Assembly (NCBI GenBank): GCA_043228905.1
Contig: JBHGNT010000016.1
Span: 3,844,001 to 3,908,000 of the forward strand
DNA: 64,000 nucleotides
Reading direction: 5' to 3'
Source: Azolla caroliniana
Taxonomy: Eukaryota; Plantae; Polypodiophyta
This document shows, piece by piece, positions 13,929 through 30,709 of the stretch. The notes below the pieces were generated by a model, which saw nothing but the letters and a program-made list of their open reading frames with translations, was not told where the DNA came from and ran no database searches. Position numbers and translations under genes: made by a program. Numbering within the stretch: the stretch's first letter is position 1; every line of letters starts with the position of its first letter.

Positions 13929-16592
13929 ATTACCTTACCCTAGTGGTAAGTTGTTAATAGTACAAGCATTGCGTCATGGGTTCGAAACCCAATTTCCTCA
14001 CCTCTCTATTATATACTTCATATACTCTTAATTTTCTAGATGCCACTATGGAATGTAGGGGTTGAACCATGACCACCTGGTCTCCATTAGGCTCTCTCTG
14101 TTTCACTCTCTCTAAATGCAGCTTTGTAAATCCTTATATGCCTGCGTATCTTGAATGACCGACATGCCATCACTGATTCTTCGTCCTTGTCGACACACCG
14201 ATAAATAAGGTTGTGCACCAACTTTTCACATTAGTTTTGTAGCAACCATTAGACTGTCATTTTGCAGGGATGAGCTATCTACATAGATGGGATAGATACT
14301 CTATACACTTGCGATGCCTTGACATAAATATATGTATGCTTCTTCGCATTAGCTGCCTGTGTAAGAAACCAAATTTATCATGGCTGAAATAAAATATGGT
14401 ATTGTGTGTGTAGTTAGTTCCTTAGATAAGAAAAATGCTCGAGTCCAAGTTATAACTTGTTTGCTTTTCTTTTATAACTTCTTGTTTGTGAGATAACATC
14501 ATTGAGTCCTACCCATGTACCATTGATGCCTTTCTTATTGTTTTTATTCGGTAATGCATGATTTGCTAGTGCTTGCTTTAGCTTGGAATTCCCTCGTTAG
14601 AAATTGTTTTCGTGGTTCCTTGAGGATGATCTTAATATGCGCAATCCATTGACACAAATGCTTGCAAAGGGGTTGGGGAGGAGTGGCATCCTATCTCACA
14701 ATAACTCTCATTATGTTGTTGATGCTAACATATATTTGGGTAGTAAACACTCAAAAACATTGTAATTATATGAATATTAATCAATAACTACTTAATGCGA
14801 TGTACTCACGCATTTTTATAACATTGAGATGTAGAAAAACATGCATGTCCATATATATAAAGAAACTCTCACATGTATTCACTTTTTAATTCCACAAAGT
14901 TTTAGCACGTCAAGTAGATTTACACATTTCTTATATGTTTCCATTTGCATTTGTTTTTTTTTATGAGTATTTGAATTAGGGCATTAGAGAGGAATGACAA
15001 TAGATTGCATGCCCAAGAGATGCTCCTAAAATAATGTTAAGCACACCCTTCCTCGATTCATGAGAGCAACACATTACTCAAAAATGTACACCTATAAAAT
15101 AGGTAGACCTTTCTTCAAAGTCTTCTTGAATGTTAAAACCGTCTTTCAAAAATTGAATTATGTATACTTTATAAGGCATCAAACTTTATATGGTAGTAAG
15201 TGTGCACATATATATGAGTTTGTTGTGTGTCTCTTAATGAGATATTTTATCCGACTCGATGGATGTCACAATAACAAATTGTGTAATTTGTCCTTTTGAG
15301 CAATAATTATCAACTTTCGAATATACCTCATGTGCCTCATTGAGGTTTGAAAGGGAATTGAGACATATATGTACGTCCATCTCTATATTGATGTATGTTA
15401 CCGTAATGTTATGCATAAGGGATCGTGTTCTTATTATTTAGATATAGCGTCATACACAAATATGATTGGCACTAGGCAACAAAAAATGGAGCATTATTTA
15501 TGGCCACGTCTTCTTCAGGCTTCTATCATGCCAACGCCTCCAATTGATTTCTCAAATTTAGTGAGTGTAATAGGTGAAACGCTTGAGGCTTGAAGGAATA
15601 AATGTACACGCTTATTTATTAAAAACATATTTATCATTGATCTCTCATACCTAGATTGTTGTTGATGAGGTTTTGTCTTCATCATATTTAAAACAATATA
15701 AAGATTGCAATGCCCCCTTTTGGAAGAAGTGAGGTTGTAGGTGTACTTGTAGGGGAAATATATATAGTGTATACTAAGGAATGATCCGACCAAGTAAAGT
15801 GAATGGCAGGGTCTATGTATGGTCAAAGTAGATCCATAAAGTATTGTGCTTTCTTTGATTAAGGGACTAAAGTTTAAACTTTTGAAACATTAATAGTAGG
15901 ATTGCATACTTGCATGTTTCTAGGTTGACTTTAATGTCTCCATGTATGTTTCTTTTGGTTGTGAGTGGCGCCAATAATTTAGACAATTAATCTCAATGAC
16001 TTGGATGTAGCTATGATTTAGATTATTGAACTTTTTATGGTGTTTAAAAAGGTGTTGTCAAATAAGTTATTAGATAATGAGGTAAAATGTTGGTTAAGGC
16101 TCATGGCCTATAGTAACAAGATTATGTGAAAAAAACATCACTTGAAGACTGCAGTTGAGTTTCAACTTGACGAACATTAAGGTGAGCTTATAAATCAAAT
16201 TTGTTTAAAGCTTTAAAACTGATAGAATTTGTGGTTCATTTGAAACTCACAAAGGTCGTGGACTGAATCGCTATTCTCCACTTGCTTCTAATTTTTGCAG
16301 TTCATTTGTGAGTTCATTTTCACCTTTGATTTATTGGTCTTTCGTAAGTGAGAGAAGTTTTAATTGATTCATGAATCAGTGGTTTGAGTCTTGATGTAGA
16401 GTCGTGTAAACAATTCCATGTGTGTGGAGAGAAGTTAGTCTAAATGCAACCTAATACATTGTTGAATCACTGTCTGCAGTGAATTGTGTTAATAGTTCTA
16501 GGTTAGATTAACAATTGTGTAGTCTTGCCCTGCATTTGCACCTAGGCCCTTTACTTGCCTTGCATGTTTACCTACTTTATTTTCCCCAACTT

Positions 16593-16760
16593 TTACACAT
16601 AGAAATGAGCGAAAATGTAATTCATTAAGCAAAAGAAAGTAGGAGCATTAGTGAGCCCAAATGGTAAAACCATGAACTTAGATTGTTCATATCTAGTTCT
16701 AGAAGTTGTATTAGAAATATCCTCTTCCTTTATACCATATGATGATAACAAGAATGCATG
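16593..16760 (-). mobile_element. Ty3/Gypsy reverse-transcriptase remnant
   Basis: Translation ..[38 protein letters not shown] matches the Gypsy RT motif ([27 protein letters not shown]). Confidence 0.8.
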
Positions 16761-16994
16761 TAAATTTGGGGCTGAACTGTGAGAGGAGAAATGAGCAATG
16801 GTTGAGCGTCGAGTGGCACCCGAGTCAACGCATAGAGGGAGTTTCGGTGTATCTTCCCTCGACCCGCCTATCATCTCTCCTCATATTTCAGTTTGACAGG
16901 AAGGACATAAAAGAGGTGGATGTGCTAGGAGCAATCGTGTGGAGTGATAGGGGTGAGATGTTGGATATGGAAAATGAAGCATCTTCTAATTGTG

Positions 16995-17880
16995 GATAAG
17001 GATGAGTGATGAAGGTGTTGAGGGCTGTAACAGATTTAATGAGCAGACAAGGAGAGTGGTGTCATTTTGTTTTTGTAGGTACATGATTTTGGTGGTAAAT
17101 TAGCGTGAGTGAGATGGTTGATGTCGATTTATGAAGCACAATTCATTTTTTATAAGGATGAGTGATCGTGGTGTGGGGGCTGAAGCGTAGTCTCTTGAGA
17201 AGACTAGACTCATTAATTGTTTGTATGTACAGGATTTTGGCGATAATCGACAAGATGTTTGATGTGGAATTGATGAAGAAGAATGTATGATTTTTATAAG
17301 GATGAGTGATGAGGCTGTGGGGGGCGAAGCATATTCTCATGAGGAGACGAGGAAACAAGACTCATTGTATTGTTGTATGTGCATGATTATTTGGTGGTAT
17401 TCGGCGAGATGATTGATGTGGACTTAACGAAGCAATTTTCATGGTTTAGATAAGGATGAGTGATGATGGTGTGGAGGCTGAAGCATATTCTCATGAGAAG
17501 ATGAGGAATTTAAACTCATTTTATTGTCTTTGTGCAAGAATTTGGTGGTAATCGGCGATATGGTTGATGTGGACTTCACAAGGCAATTTGTAGCTTTTTG
17601 ATAAGGATGAGTGCTGATGGTGTGGGGGCCGAAGCATAAGCTCATGAGGAGAGAGAAATTTGACTTAATGTGTTCTTATATGACAGGAAGTTGGTGGTAA
17701 CCGGGGAGATGGTTGATGTGGAAAGAGGAAGCACATTTGTTGAGTTGACAGTATAATGTTTTGGATCGCCTTCCAATTTGTGACGTATAGGAAGTTGGTG
17801 GTAACCGGGGAGATGGTTGATGTGGAAAGAGGAAGCATATTTGTTGAGTTGACAGTATAATGTATTGGATCGCCTTCAAA
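16995..17880. repeat. Tandem array: five ~150-bp diverged units followed by two ~103-bp near-identical units
   Basis: ATAAGGATGAGTG(A/C)T recurs at ~16996, 17152, 17296, 17450 and 17601. GGAAGTTGGTGGTAACCGGGGAGATGGTTGATGTGGAAAGAGGAAGCA recurs at ~17686 and ~17790. Confidence 0.85.
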
Positions 17881-18299
17881 TCTGCAATAGACAGGAGCAG
17901 GTTGAAGAAGCATTGAAAGGTTCATAACTATGACCTGAGAGGGCTTGTTTCCGAATATAAGTACTTTGGTTGTTGTCTATGGATATGATACTTTGCATTG
18001 TGTCTAAGGAATAACTTACAATTAGTGGATTGTTTTCTCTATTTTGGATTTGTTTCCTCAACCAGTGTCTTTCACAAGATGGGCTTGGGGGAAAAACTTT
18101 GTATGTTGTAGCTGTTATGACCCTTTTTATACAACTAATGGAAGGATATTTGTTTTGGAAGAAGAATAATAATAATGCATGTAAATGTTAGTGAAGGTTT
18201 GTGTTCCATGACATTTACTTTTTTTTTCCAAAAAAAATTCCTTCCATTAGTTATAAGATTCTACATATGAGTGTGTTATATACAAATCCATGTAGGGAC

Positions 18300-18786
18300 G
18301 TTGTCATGGAGAAAACCGTCCCTAGGCGGAAACCGCGTATAACGTGCGTAAACCGGCCCTTACACGTGGGCACAAGTTTTGTTGTATAGTACGTAGATAG
18401 GTACAAGTTGGCTGAGGTGAAATCCTAGGTAGCACGCATTTGGTACGGAGAAAATCGAGGTGTATCCCTGTCTGAAAGGACAGGGAATAAACATGATGTA
18501 ACGGGTGGTAACGGCTTCCCTCCTTGGGCTATAAAAGAGAGGGAGATGTATTGAAAAAGGTATCGTGTTTGTGGAGGACGAAGTGCTGCCGGACTAGAAC
18601 CGAGCGCTTCTCCTCTCCTCTGTCGTCTCCATAATCGTTCTGTGCAGGTTTCAGGAGGCTGACTTTGCTCCGCGGGACGCCCGAGTGCTCCCGGTAGAGC
18701 CTCCATCTCGCGTTCTGTGTGTGTGTGTGTGTGTGTGTGCGCGCAGGCGTCAGAGCCCATCACTCGTTGGCTTGCCGGTTGTAACA
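18300..18786. mobile_element. Candidate solo LTR
   Basis: CpG-rich island in AT-rich surroundings, starts TGTCA.. and ends ..TGTAACA, internal TATAAAAG box at ~18530 and a (GT)n tract. No matching TSD found. Confidence 0.45.
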
Positions 18787-18839
18787 CCTTGATTTATATA
18801 TACATAAACATTCGTTCTGTCTCCATCTCGCGTTCTGTA

Positions 18840-19330
18840 GCTAGTTGCAATTCCTGTGATTCTATGGGTCTGTGCGCATGTGAATTACATCGTTAGAGTC
18901 CTTCCCCTCCCCTCATTCGGTTATTTCTCGGTCCGAGGCCCCAGTGGTCCCGCCTCGTTCTCCACGCACACGTGTAACAACGTGACAATGCGACAGTTCC
19001 ATCTTATGCGGATGCCCACTAACTCGAGAAAGGGAGAGGACAAACATTGTTGGATGAAGGCTAATTGTTGTCTTTCAACTCTATCGGATTCGCTTGTGAG
19101 GCCATCGTATTGGCTCTTTAGAGTGGCTACAACTTCACTCCATAACTCCTGCATTAACATTACTTGATGCATGGTTTGGTTGGAGAAGACTTGTCTACAC
19201 CGTTGTTTCCATAGAATCCAAAGAGTTATTGGGTTGACCAATTCCAATACAACTTGAGCTTTGGCATTAATAGTAGTTGACTGGATATTGTCAATGGTGG
19301 AAAAAAAACCTCTTGTGCTTTTATCACCAA
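18840..19330 (-). mobile_element. L1-type LINE ORF2 C-terminal fragment
   Basis: ORF 18921-19247 contains ITLWILWKQRCRQVFSN, the W-x-x-W-x-x-R-x-x-x-x-F motif typical of plant L1 ORF2 C-termini. Confidence 0.7.
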
Positions 19331-19994
19331 AGTCGTCCCTTCCGCCTAATGTTCTTACATGTCAACTAGGCCTGCCATGATAACCAACATACATTTCCCC
19401 TCTTGATTGTGCCTTGTACTTGGCATAATTGCAGTAGGCCAACCCCGCCATATTCGATGGGTCTCTAGACAGTCCCACAAAATGTATCAAGTTGATTCTT
19501 TTGAATGATGTTTACTTTTGTCACCACTTTTTATATGAGATAAATGATATTTGGTCTTTATTATCTACTTACAAAGGCCATGATAATGTACTGCATGCTC
19601 TTCTACTTTTGAAACAATACTATGGCACCAAAGGCAACCCAAGGTTACATATTGAGTCTAAAAAAACATTTCTTAAGAAGGTCATATAACTAAATCAACC
19701 ATTTCTCAAAGTTAAACATACAAGTAGCTCCAAAATATGCGTGCATGCATGGAAGAAGTTCTATAAGATGGTTTGTGATGTTAAATGAGGTATTGTTAGA
19801 AGATCGTCTACAAATATATATTCCAAAAAACAATGAAATAAAGAACTTGCAAACACGTGAAACTACATAGCCTCAAATTTCCCTTTACATAAATTATAAC
19901 ACAATGTCTCGCATACCCCTTAGATTCCACGTAAAATTTCACCACTGAGATGCCATTATACTAGTTAACCGTTGTGCAAAAAAACATTATACTA

Positions 19995-20812
19995 CAAATA
20001 ATTGCAAGGCCCGTGGAGCGAGTTTGGAGCACATCGCACATTGTTTATGGAGCTGCCCGCGAGCCCAATAAGTTTGGACGAGGAGCTTAAGAATTCTGAC
20101 TCGATGTGGGGTTGAAGTTCAGGTATCAAGTGCAGTCGTTGTTTGGTTAGCTATATGAATCGGCTGCATGGTTTCGTGGGTGGAATGGAAATAGCCCTTC
20201 TTTAAAGGTGGTGAATGGTACAATTCAGCCTGCAACTCAAAGAGATTCATTCTTCATACAGGACCGGTACGTAGATGTTTGGTTTTTAGTGGTTGGCCTT
20301 ACCGTTTGGCAAGTGTGGGTATCAAGGTGTAAGGAGTTGTTTATTGGGAAGCGAGCCCCATCGGCTGAGAGTTTAATGATGATTTGGTTTAAACTAATTT
20401 TTACGCTACAAGGTAAGTTTGATAGCCTTCATGGGCCCTCTAATGCGAGTGAAGAAGCTAGGTACCGCTTCCTTCTTAAATGGAGAGGTTCTCCGATGTT
20501 ACAGATGGTGGATGACAATGCAATGTGGATATATCAGCCACCCAGATGGTTGTTCCTTCCTAGGGTACCAAACATAGAGGTAGGTGCTGAATTGTGAAGT
20601 GATTGGAGGGTGTCTTTGCTGAATGTGGGTTGTGTGAGGCTCATGTTGATGGGAGTCTGCCGAGTAATTATGTGACGAGGCTTTGTTGCTTCATTTATAC
20701 ATGACATTTTCTTGTAGCCATTGCAAAGTGGCTTGTAACATATGAGTTGTATATTATTCTATGTACTTTTTCTTAACTAATGGAAGTAGAATCTTTTTTG
20801 GAAAAAAAAAAA
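19995..20812 (+). mobile_element. 5'-truncated L1-type LINE with poly(A) tail
   Basis: HIAHCLWSCPRAQ*VW (zf-RVT-like), ORF 20208-20597 with VWQVWVSRCKELF, a 3' UTR, poly(A) at 20802-20812, and near-identical flanks AAAACATTATAC / AAAACATAATAC (possible TSD). Confidence 0.75.
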
Positions 20813-21699
20813 CATAATACATTAACAATCACCAGCAAAAGAATGATGGAGAATGTAGGGATTAAATTTTATTAGTGTTTGATGTGTTATTGGAATGTAG
20901 GAATGGTATCATCAAAACTTTGTACTCAAGGGCTCTTAAGCAAGCACATACATGCACATATTGATTTATTACAATGAAGAACTTACCTTTGCACACTCAT
21001 TGAGGTTCCTATCAACCATTAGGTTGTTAACCCTTGATTTTTAAAGCATTTGCTACATTAACCACACAACCACTCTCTCCATTGATCATGATCAAGGGTT
21101 TAATTGGTGCTTGTTCACATAAACGCTCATCAATACATTTGTTAGCATCATTTGCATCACTTGGTCTTCTAGATTCCCACTTCATCTCTTATACCTAGAA
21201 TTCACACATTATCCAGATGCCCAAATTCCTGCATCAGCCAGTGATGTGAATGCATCATCTAAATTAACTTTCTCAAAATCTTGGCATTCTCCCACATGGA
21301 TCTTCCGCAATAGTCTATCACAAGTTTGGGTCCCAAGCTTTGATAAAGAGATTTGCACAATCCATCAATGGCCAATAACCCAACTTCACCTTCGTGTTTG
21401 AAACGAGTTTTCTTATGAAGTGGTATTAAATCTTGATATGCTCCTAGTTCTTCACGACAACATTGAAATTGTGGTTTTCAAATGCTTTTGCATCAATTGT
21501 CCCTCAATCAACATCCAATTTCAACTACAAGTTTTCTCAACCATATTACTTCACTTTTTGTATAACATGCTACTTTGTACTCCACAACCGCTACAAACTA
21601 CTAGACAAATGCATTATTTGCTAATTATTTTGAAGCTCAAGTAAAAAGACAAATTGGACATCAACATTTTGTCTCATGAAATCGAGTGAGAGGCACAAA

Positions 21700-22110
21700 A
21701 ATTTGATAACTTTGTCTCTTAGCTAAACTTGATGCCTAATATGAATGTACCCTTAAGGTAAACTATGCATCCCAACAAGCCAACGACCATTTCTTTGGAC
21801 TTGGTACGAATTTAGTGACTAGTCTCACCTTATAGACAATGCTTGGTCTTTATAGCATAAATATAGGAGACTTCTTACCAAAGTTTGACATTTTGTCACT
21901 CTCCCAATCCTTTCGATGTTAGACTTCATCAACTTTAAGTTTATTTCCATTGGAATCACATATGACTTAAAGTCCTCCATTTTGAATGCCTTCCAATTAT
22001 ATTGATATATTTGATTTGAGTGACAAATGGTTTTTTGTCCCTTTGATATTAAATCTAGTCCTATACACGAATGTAACATACCTAGGTCCTTCAAACTCAA
22101 AACATAATTT
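21700..22110 (-). mobile_element. Degenerate Ty1/Copia RT remnant
   Basis: ORF 21825-22100 LKDLGMLHSCIGLD...F.MEDFKSYVIPME...CQTLVRSLLYLC resembles Copia RT (MKDLG...YQSLVGSLLYL). Confidence 0.65.
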
Positions 22111-23947
22111 TTGTTAGATTAGACTACAATTGAATGCATTGTTTCCCAAGAGGACCAAATCAACCACAATCATGTTCCTAAACCTTGCATGATTCATTCA
22201 TATGAAATGCCAAACGCAATCAAACATATCATTTCTATTGATTTTATTGTCATATTGACTCATATTTATCATGACAATGATGCCATATAAGTCGTAGCAC
22301 ATTTTATTCATGAAAGGAAGAGAAAAGAAAAGCAACAAAGAACTCTAGAATAGGGCGAATGTACAATCGTGGTGCCAAGAAGGATTTTGAACTTTTGAAC
22401 TAGGTTAAATAAGGTTTTTGAATTATGTCGCAAGTTCAAGCAAGGATGTTAAATACACAATTCACGAACCTCAACAAAGGTTAAGAAACATCAAAGAAAG
22501 AGAACGTCACCCATGGTTATTCACGATGATGTAGGAAACGAAGATAATTGTAGCAAGCAAGGGGAGAGAAATAAAGAATTTGGTTCCAAGTTAATTTCCA
22601 TTAATAATATAGGATTAAAGGTGAGCATTGCCCCACGTGGTACCCCAAGGGGATTGTGAAGGATACCATAGTGAGGGCATCTCGTATGTGGAAGATGTAA
22701 TGAGCTCAATCATATTGACCACAATACTTTAGACATGGAAGGGGCATACAAAATGGATAAATCTACCTCAAGGAGCATACAAGACCTTGAATGGTTGACA
22801 TTTACATGCAAATCCATACAAAAGGGTAGAGATTACACACACTGCGATAGGTTAGCTTAAGATGTGCCCAAATTAAATTCATTGAGTTGATTTAGGCCTC
22901 TTTGCACAATATGTTATAGTCCAAACACACATTAACAATCAACTTTAGTTCATGAGCACATAACTATGATGGAATGGGCTATGGTATTATGTGTTATCAA
23001 ACATACTTGATTGTTGTTTTGCATATTACATAAGTTCCATTTCCATGTCACCTTCAATGACTTTGTCACTATGGAACCAACTAGATCGAGCAATAATCAC
23101 ATTTATCCTTTGCAACTCACAAAATGGAAGTTCAAATTAGCACAAGCACATTCCCCATACATTCTTAAAAGCCGAAACTAAAGAAAAAGCAAAACAATAC
23201 CTTTCCAAATGGATAAGTTGGTACATCAAATTGATTTAAGGACCAATTATGGTAAAATATTGCATCCATCATACACACAAACTACTCATGAGAATGATGG
23301 AAATAGCATAGAACCCTTACCTCTCATTAAATAACCAATATAAAAATTGTCTCTCTTCCAATTGGAAGGGTTTTCTATTTAGTATTAAATGTACGAAGTA
23401 TCCTGTCTTTTCCAAATAAATGTAACTATTCCTTCATTTACAAAGAAAGTTCACCATTCCTTATTGCTCCACCTCCTGTGAATGTATGTTTTGATGTGAA
23501 TGCCAAGCCTATTGCAAGGACAGATAGATTATTTTTATATCCATCTACTGATGCTAAGTTTTATGTTATGCATTGTTCATCTCAATTAATTGCACGATCA
23601 AGATCTGAAATTAGAAAAACTAATTTTAACAATATAAAATGAATGTTTGTCTATATATGAACTCTTGATCAAGTTTTGGGCACTTGCAAGCACCATTGTA
23701 GGCCTCTTATACAATAAGGTCGATATTAACATGATACAAAAACAAAAAAAGAACTCTCCTCGCCCAATGAAAATTGGAACTTCCAATCATCAGATGTCGC
23801 ACCACACAAACTCAATCCTTGTGTTCACATTGCATTGAGTCGGTTTAGGGTGTTATATACATAAACTAGACACTAGGCTGCGCTGCCAATGTGATTCTCG
23901 ATCACAATATGCACAAGTAAAATATTACATAATTTCACCATGCTTTC

Positions 23948-26440
<2,493 letters not shown>

Positions 26441-26604
26441 GGAGAATTCTGGGTTTGCTTTCAAACGAAGATCTGCGATCGCCCAAAAGAAGAAGGGGGG
26501 AGGGGATGGATGGAAGTTTGGTTTTCTGATTTTTCAAAAAGAAATGGAAGAAAAACCAGAGGAACCAGGGATGCTTTTCCTGAGGAAAAGAACAGGGGAG
26601 GACA

Positions 26605-26740
26605 TATATATATGTACATACTTACTACATACATATACATACATACATACTACATACATATACTGTATACATACATACTACATACATATATTGTATACAT
26701 ACATACTACATACATATACCTACATACACAAACACAACAC
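26605..26740. repeat. (TACA/TA)n low-complexity tract upstream of the BAM-like gene
   Basis: Degenerate ATAC/ACAT repeats, directly visible. Confidence 0.8.
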
Positions 26741-29700
26741 ATAAAAGCTTCTTTTAGTCTTAGTATGAAGTTAATTTGAAGGGGCTTAAAAAGAGGCCTA
26801 GCCTAAAGTGCTATTTGCTCACGGTCGAGTGGCTCTCTGGTTCGGCGCACTCTGCTAAAAGCACCCATCCCTGCTTGCCTACTTGTCTCTCCCTTTTGCT
26901 ATATTAGCTGCCACTTGCCCTATCTCGATAACCTTCATCGATAACGCGGGGTCCTCGGAAGAGTCATCAAGATTCTCATGCCCCTCCCTACCTACAAACA
27001 AAACAAATCTTTTGATGGGTCATCTGCATGACTCATCCGATCCCTCGATCCATTCACTTGGCACTTAGATAATCCTCGGGTCTTGTTGTTTTAGTAGAAG
27101 CCAAAATATTAGGATCTAAGCCTTCATAGATTGACGAGCAAAATGGACTCCAATATTTTGCTCAAATAAGTTAGAGCCATAGATCCAACCATGTTCTACA
27201 AAATGGAGACTCAACCAACTATGAAGGCCAATAAAATTTGAATGATTCAAGTATAAAACAATCACACTAGGACATCCCCTACAATCATTGCCAATTATGC
27301 ATAAAATCCAATCCAATTTTTTTCTACCTTGAAATGGATAACTTCATCCATGATGACTCATATTTTAGATTTTTGGAACAACGTCCCTGTCGGAAATGTG
27401 TCATCCAAAAAAGCATTTATTTCATCCATATACAACTTTATCATTTTGTTATACAAGTAGTGTCAACCTTTGTACTCTAAGTTGTACACTATCTCTTCTA
27501 TGATCGTGGGTGGTTAACCAATGAAATGAGTTTTGCTCCATGTGAGTGCTTTTCCTATCTTGCTTAACTTATTAAGTATATTGATTAAGTTATTAGGTTG
27601 CAATAACTAATTTCTTAATTTTAAGTTAAATATTTACGAGAAGAGAGGTTGACGTATGTCTTCTACATGATAATTAGTAGCATAAAAGTACATGACAACC
27701 ACTCTTACCCGTTCCACCAACTATAGAGTAAGTGATGATATCAAACCACAACATGACCTTCGTAAAGGGACATAACTTTGACTATGATAAATATGTGTGC
27801 TCAATGCAATGTGCTTAGAAGTGACATGGTAATCCTTAAATATACAGAACTCGAATAGTAAGATATGTTTGAACGATATTTGTTAGAAGAAATTATGCTT
27901 GCATCTCTTTTCTTATATTCTCCAAATTTCTCCTTTCCAATCCTCTAAAGATATAACTTAGTGCGCCAATGTTGCTCTAACTCTCTCATGCGCCAACAAG
28001 TTTGAGGCATACAAAGATTGTTCTTGTACTCTCAAGGTGATCCTCCCCCTTGACAGTTACTCTACGTTGAATATTTCTAACGGTTGCAGTTTGATTCCAA
28101 GATTTCATATCATGCTTTGAAGTTGTTCCTATCTCGACAACTCCATGAAATGATCATTGCATTTCCTATGGTCCAATCTATGAGAGTTATAACCTAATGT
28201 TAAAAAATGGTCCTCAACATTCAAGAGTCAATAAACCTCGTTTCTACACACACATGTGTTGGCACTCCTTTCAAGCAAATATTTGATGACAATAATTTTA
28301 AGCTTTTTTATTTCATACCAAAATTGGAAGTTGCTCACTTTGGAGTGACTTCCTGAAATGATTACTACAATTGTCCAAACTTGGACAACACTACATGATG
28401 GTACCCGATTTTCATATGCATTGTTATCTTAAGGAATAAATGATGCAATTAATTGGACTAGATCTCCAATATCCATGGAGACACCATGTCCGTCAATAAT
28501 ATTTTGAATGCACATTGTTTCCCATTTAAAAAAAGTGTCGCTTTGTATTTCACTGCAACACTGAACAATGGTACCATTGTTAAGCGTATGGCACACAACA
28601 CACGGGTTGTGAAGAAGAGTGCACCAACAAATGACACATAACAACTAAGGAAGTATACAAAAAGGGAGTAGAAGTATCCAAATATGGGGGAAAGGCAAGC
28701 CAAATGGCAGCCTAGTGTGAAACAACCACCCTCATAATGTAAAAGCTATAAAAACCACTTCATGGTGTCTTTTTAGCCTCTTCTCATTCTTACTTAAGAA
28801 TCTACTAGTGATTAAAGCCCTAAGCTTCCTCTCTTGTCTCCTTCTTTGTAGCCAAGAGCTTAAGAGAGATTAGTGGTAGTGTTTAATGAATAACACTAAT
28901 CTCTTCTCTTTGTCAGTGCCATACCTCCTTATATTAAGAGTGATGGAATAAAACATCAAACTTGTTTTCTACTTGTTCTTAAGTGTTTACGATAGTAAGC
29001 ACGAGAGTGCGAGAGAGAAACTAGTATTAATAACATATTATTAAGTGAGTTGGTGACTCTAGGGTATTTGACAACTACCTCCGCCTAGTTTGCCACCAAT
29101 AGGTATGTACGTTGGTTCGATCCCTAAGCAAATGACATTGACGAGAGGGAAAACTCCATCGATTGATAGAAGTGCTTCCGTGAGACACACAAAATCGACA
29201 CAACCATCACTACTAGAATAATTCCTTGTTATTTAGAAAAACAAATAAGTGAGAGATGAACTCACAATCATATGTCTGTCCAACATAGTTTGGGTGAAAG
29301 TAAAATAAAGAATTTAGGTTGTAGAACACATTTGGACGACGTAAGCTCACAATGATACAATCCTTCACATGATCATCTCGTGGTAGAGATTGTAGTTGTA
29401 GGCTTCAAGTCAACGTTAACCCATCATGGGTGTACATGAGCATATATGTGTCTTGCCTAACGCTCTCTCTTCATTAATCATAGATCAATACATGCCTTGT
29501 TGATTTGGGAAGGCCGGTGCTCCACTTTGCAAGCTTTTTGTATGTGGTGTTATATTGAGCATCAAATTGTTGGATATACGATGACAATCTCATCTTCCAT
29601 TTCGTGCAAAAGTTATTATTTTATGGATACTAATTGGTGGGTTACAATTTTTGGTAAATTTGAAATGATGCCAACACATTTTATATGCAACATCTTGTTG

Positions 29701-30669
29701 CCAGTAGCTTGACATCATTAACTAAGACGATTGTGTCGACTTCTCGATGGGTATTCGGCAAGGGAGCAAAGCTTTAGATTCTCGATCATATATCGTAGCG
29801 ATCAACTACCTTAGGTTTTCAAGGGCCAACAATAAACAATTGGAACTTGAGAAATGATATGTGAAGAGATCTCACACATTCCAAGCCCTTAAAAGTAGTT
29901 GCATGCGTGTGCCGAATGTATATTGGCTTACGAGATGTAGCTTCGGGTATAAGGATTCTAAATGTATGCGTCTGCATGGTGTCGAACCCAGGTCTATTGC
30001 ATGGAAGGCAATCAGAGAGAGTAAAGGACTTCCGTTGGACAAACAGAGACCGCGCATTCGGCCGACCGGCCAATTCTAAGACACACACACACAAGGGGAG
30101 GATGGGTGGGGTTTTTTTTATTTTTTATGTCCTTAATAATAATAATTATTATTAATTTAAATGTTTTCTTTGGGGATGGGTAGTTTTTTTCTCTCCTTAT
30201 TATTAATAATTATTAATAATTTAAATGTTTTTTTTTTCCTTTATCATGTACATATGTATCATGAATGTATGTATGAATGAATGTTTTTTGATAACTTCTT
30301 TTTGGGTTTTCGTTTTCCCACCATCTCATCCTCCTCCTCCTCTTCCTCCTTCTTCTTCATTCTTCATTCTTCATTCATTCATTCTTCTTCTTCTTCTTCT
30401 TCTTCTTCTTGGAAGTTGCTTCCCTTCTTTGCAAGACCTCCGCAAAACAGGAAACAGAAAAACAGAAAACAGACAGACACAAATCCACAGGGAAAACATT
30501 AGAAGAAGCAGTCGCTCATGCAATCAAGCAAGCACGAAAGAACGCATACCTCATCGTAGAGAAGAAAGCCCAGACAGAAGACAGAGAGAAGAAAGACATT
30601 ACAGTTACACAACGACACAGAGAAACGAAACAATGGAAAGCAGGAGATAATTTCATCACCACCACCACA

Positions 30670-30709
30670 ATCATCATCATCGTGATCGTGATCGTGATCG
30701 TCGTAGTCG

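Noticed and set aside
13098-13957. Several Phe/Leu-rich or SLSL/CVCV ORFs resembling membrane proteins
   Set aside because: Translations of simple repeats.
16995-17880. Regularly spaced repeats resembling a CRISPR array
   Set aside because: Units are homologous along their whole length with no unique spacers, the context is eukaryotic, and there are no cas genes.
27100-28700. Faint transposase-like or retroelement-like decay
   Set aside because: Too degenerate to assign without a database search.
30225-30650. Arg/Ser-rich ORF (RRSSRS..SPDRRQREER) upstream of the SR gene
   Set aside because: It begins in low-complexity promoter sequence, ends in a stop before the first donor, and its composition is explained by an AG-rich leader.
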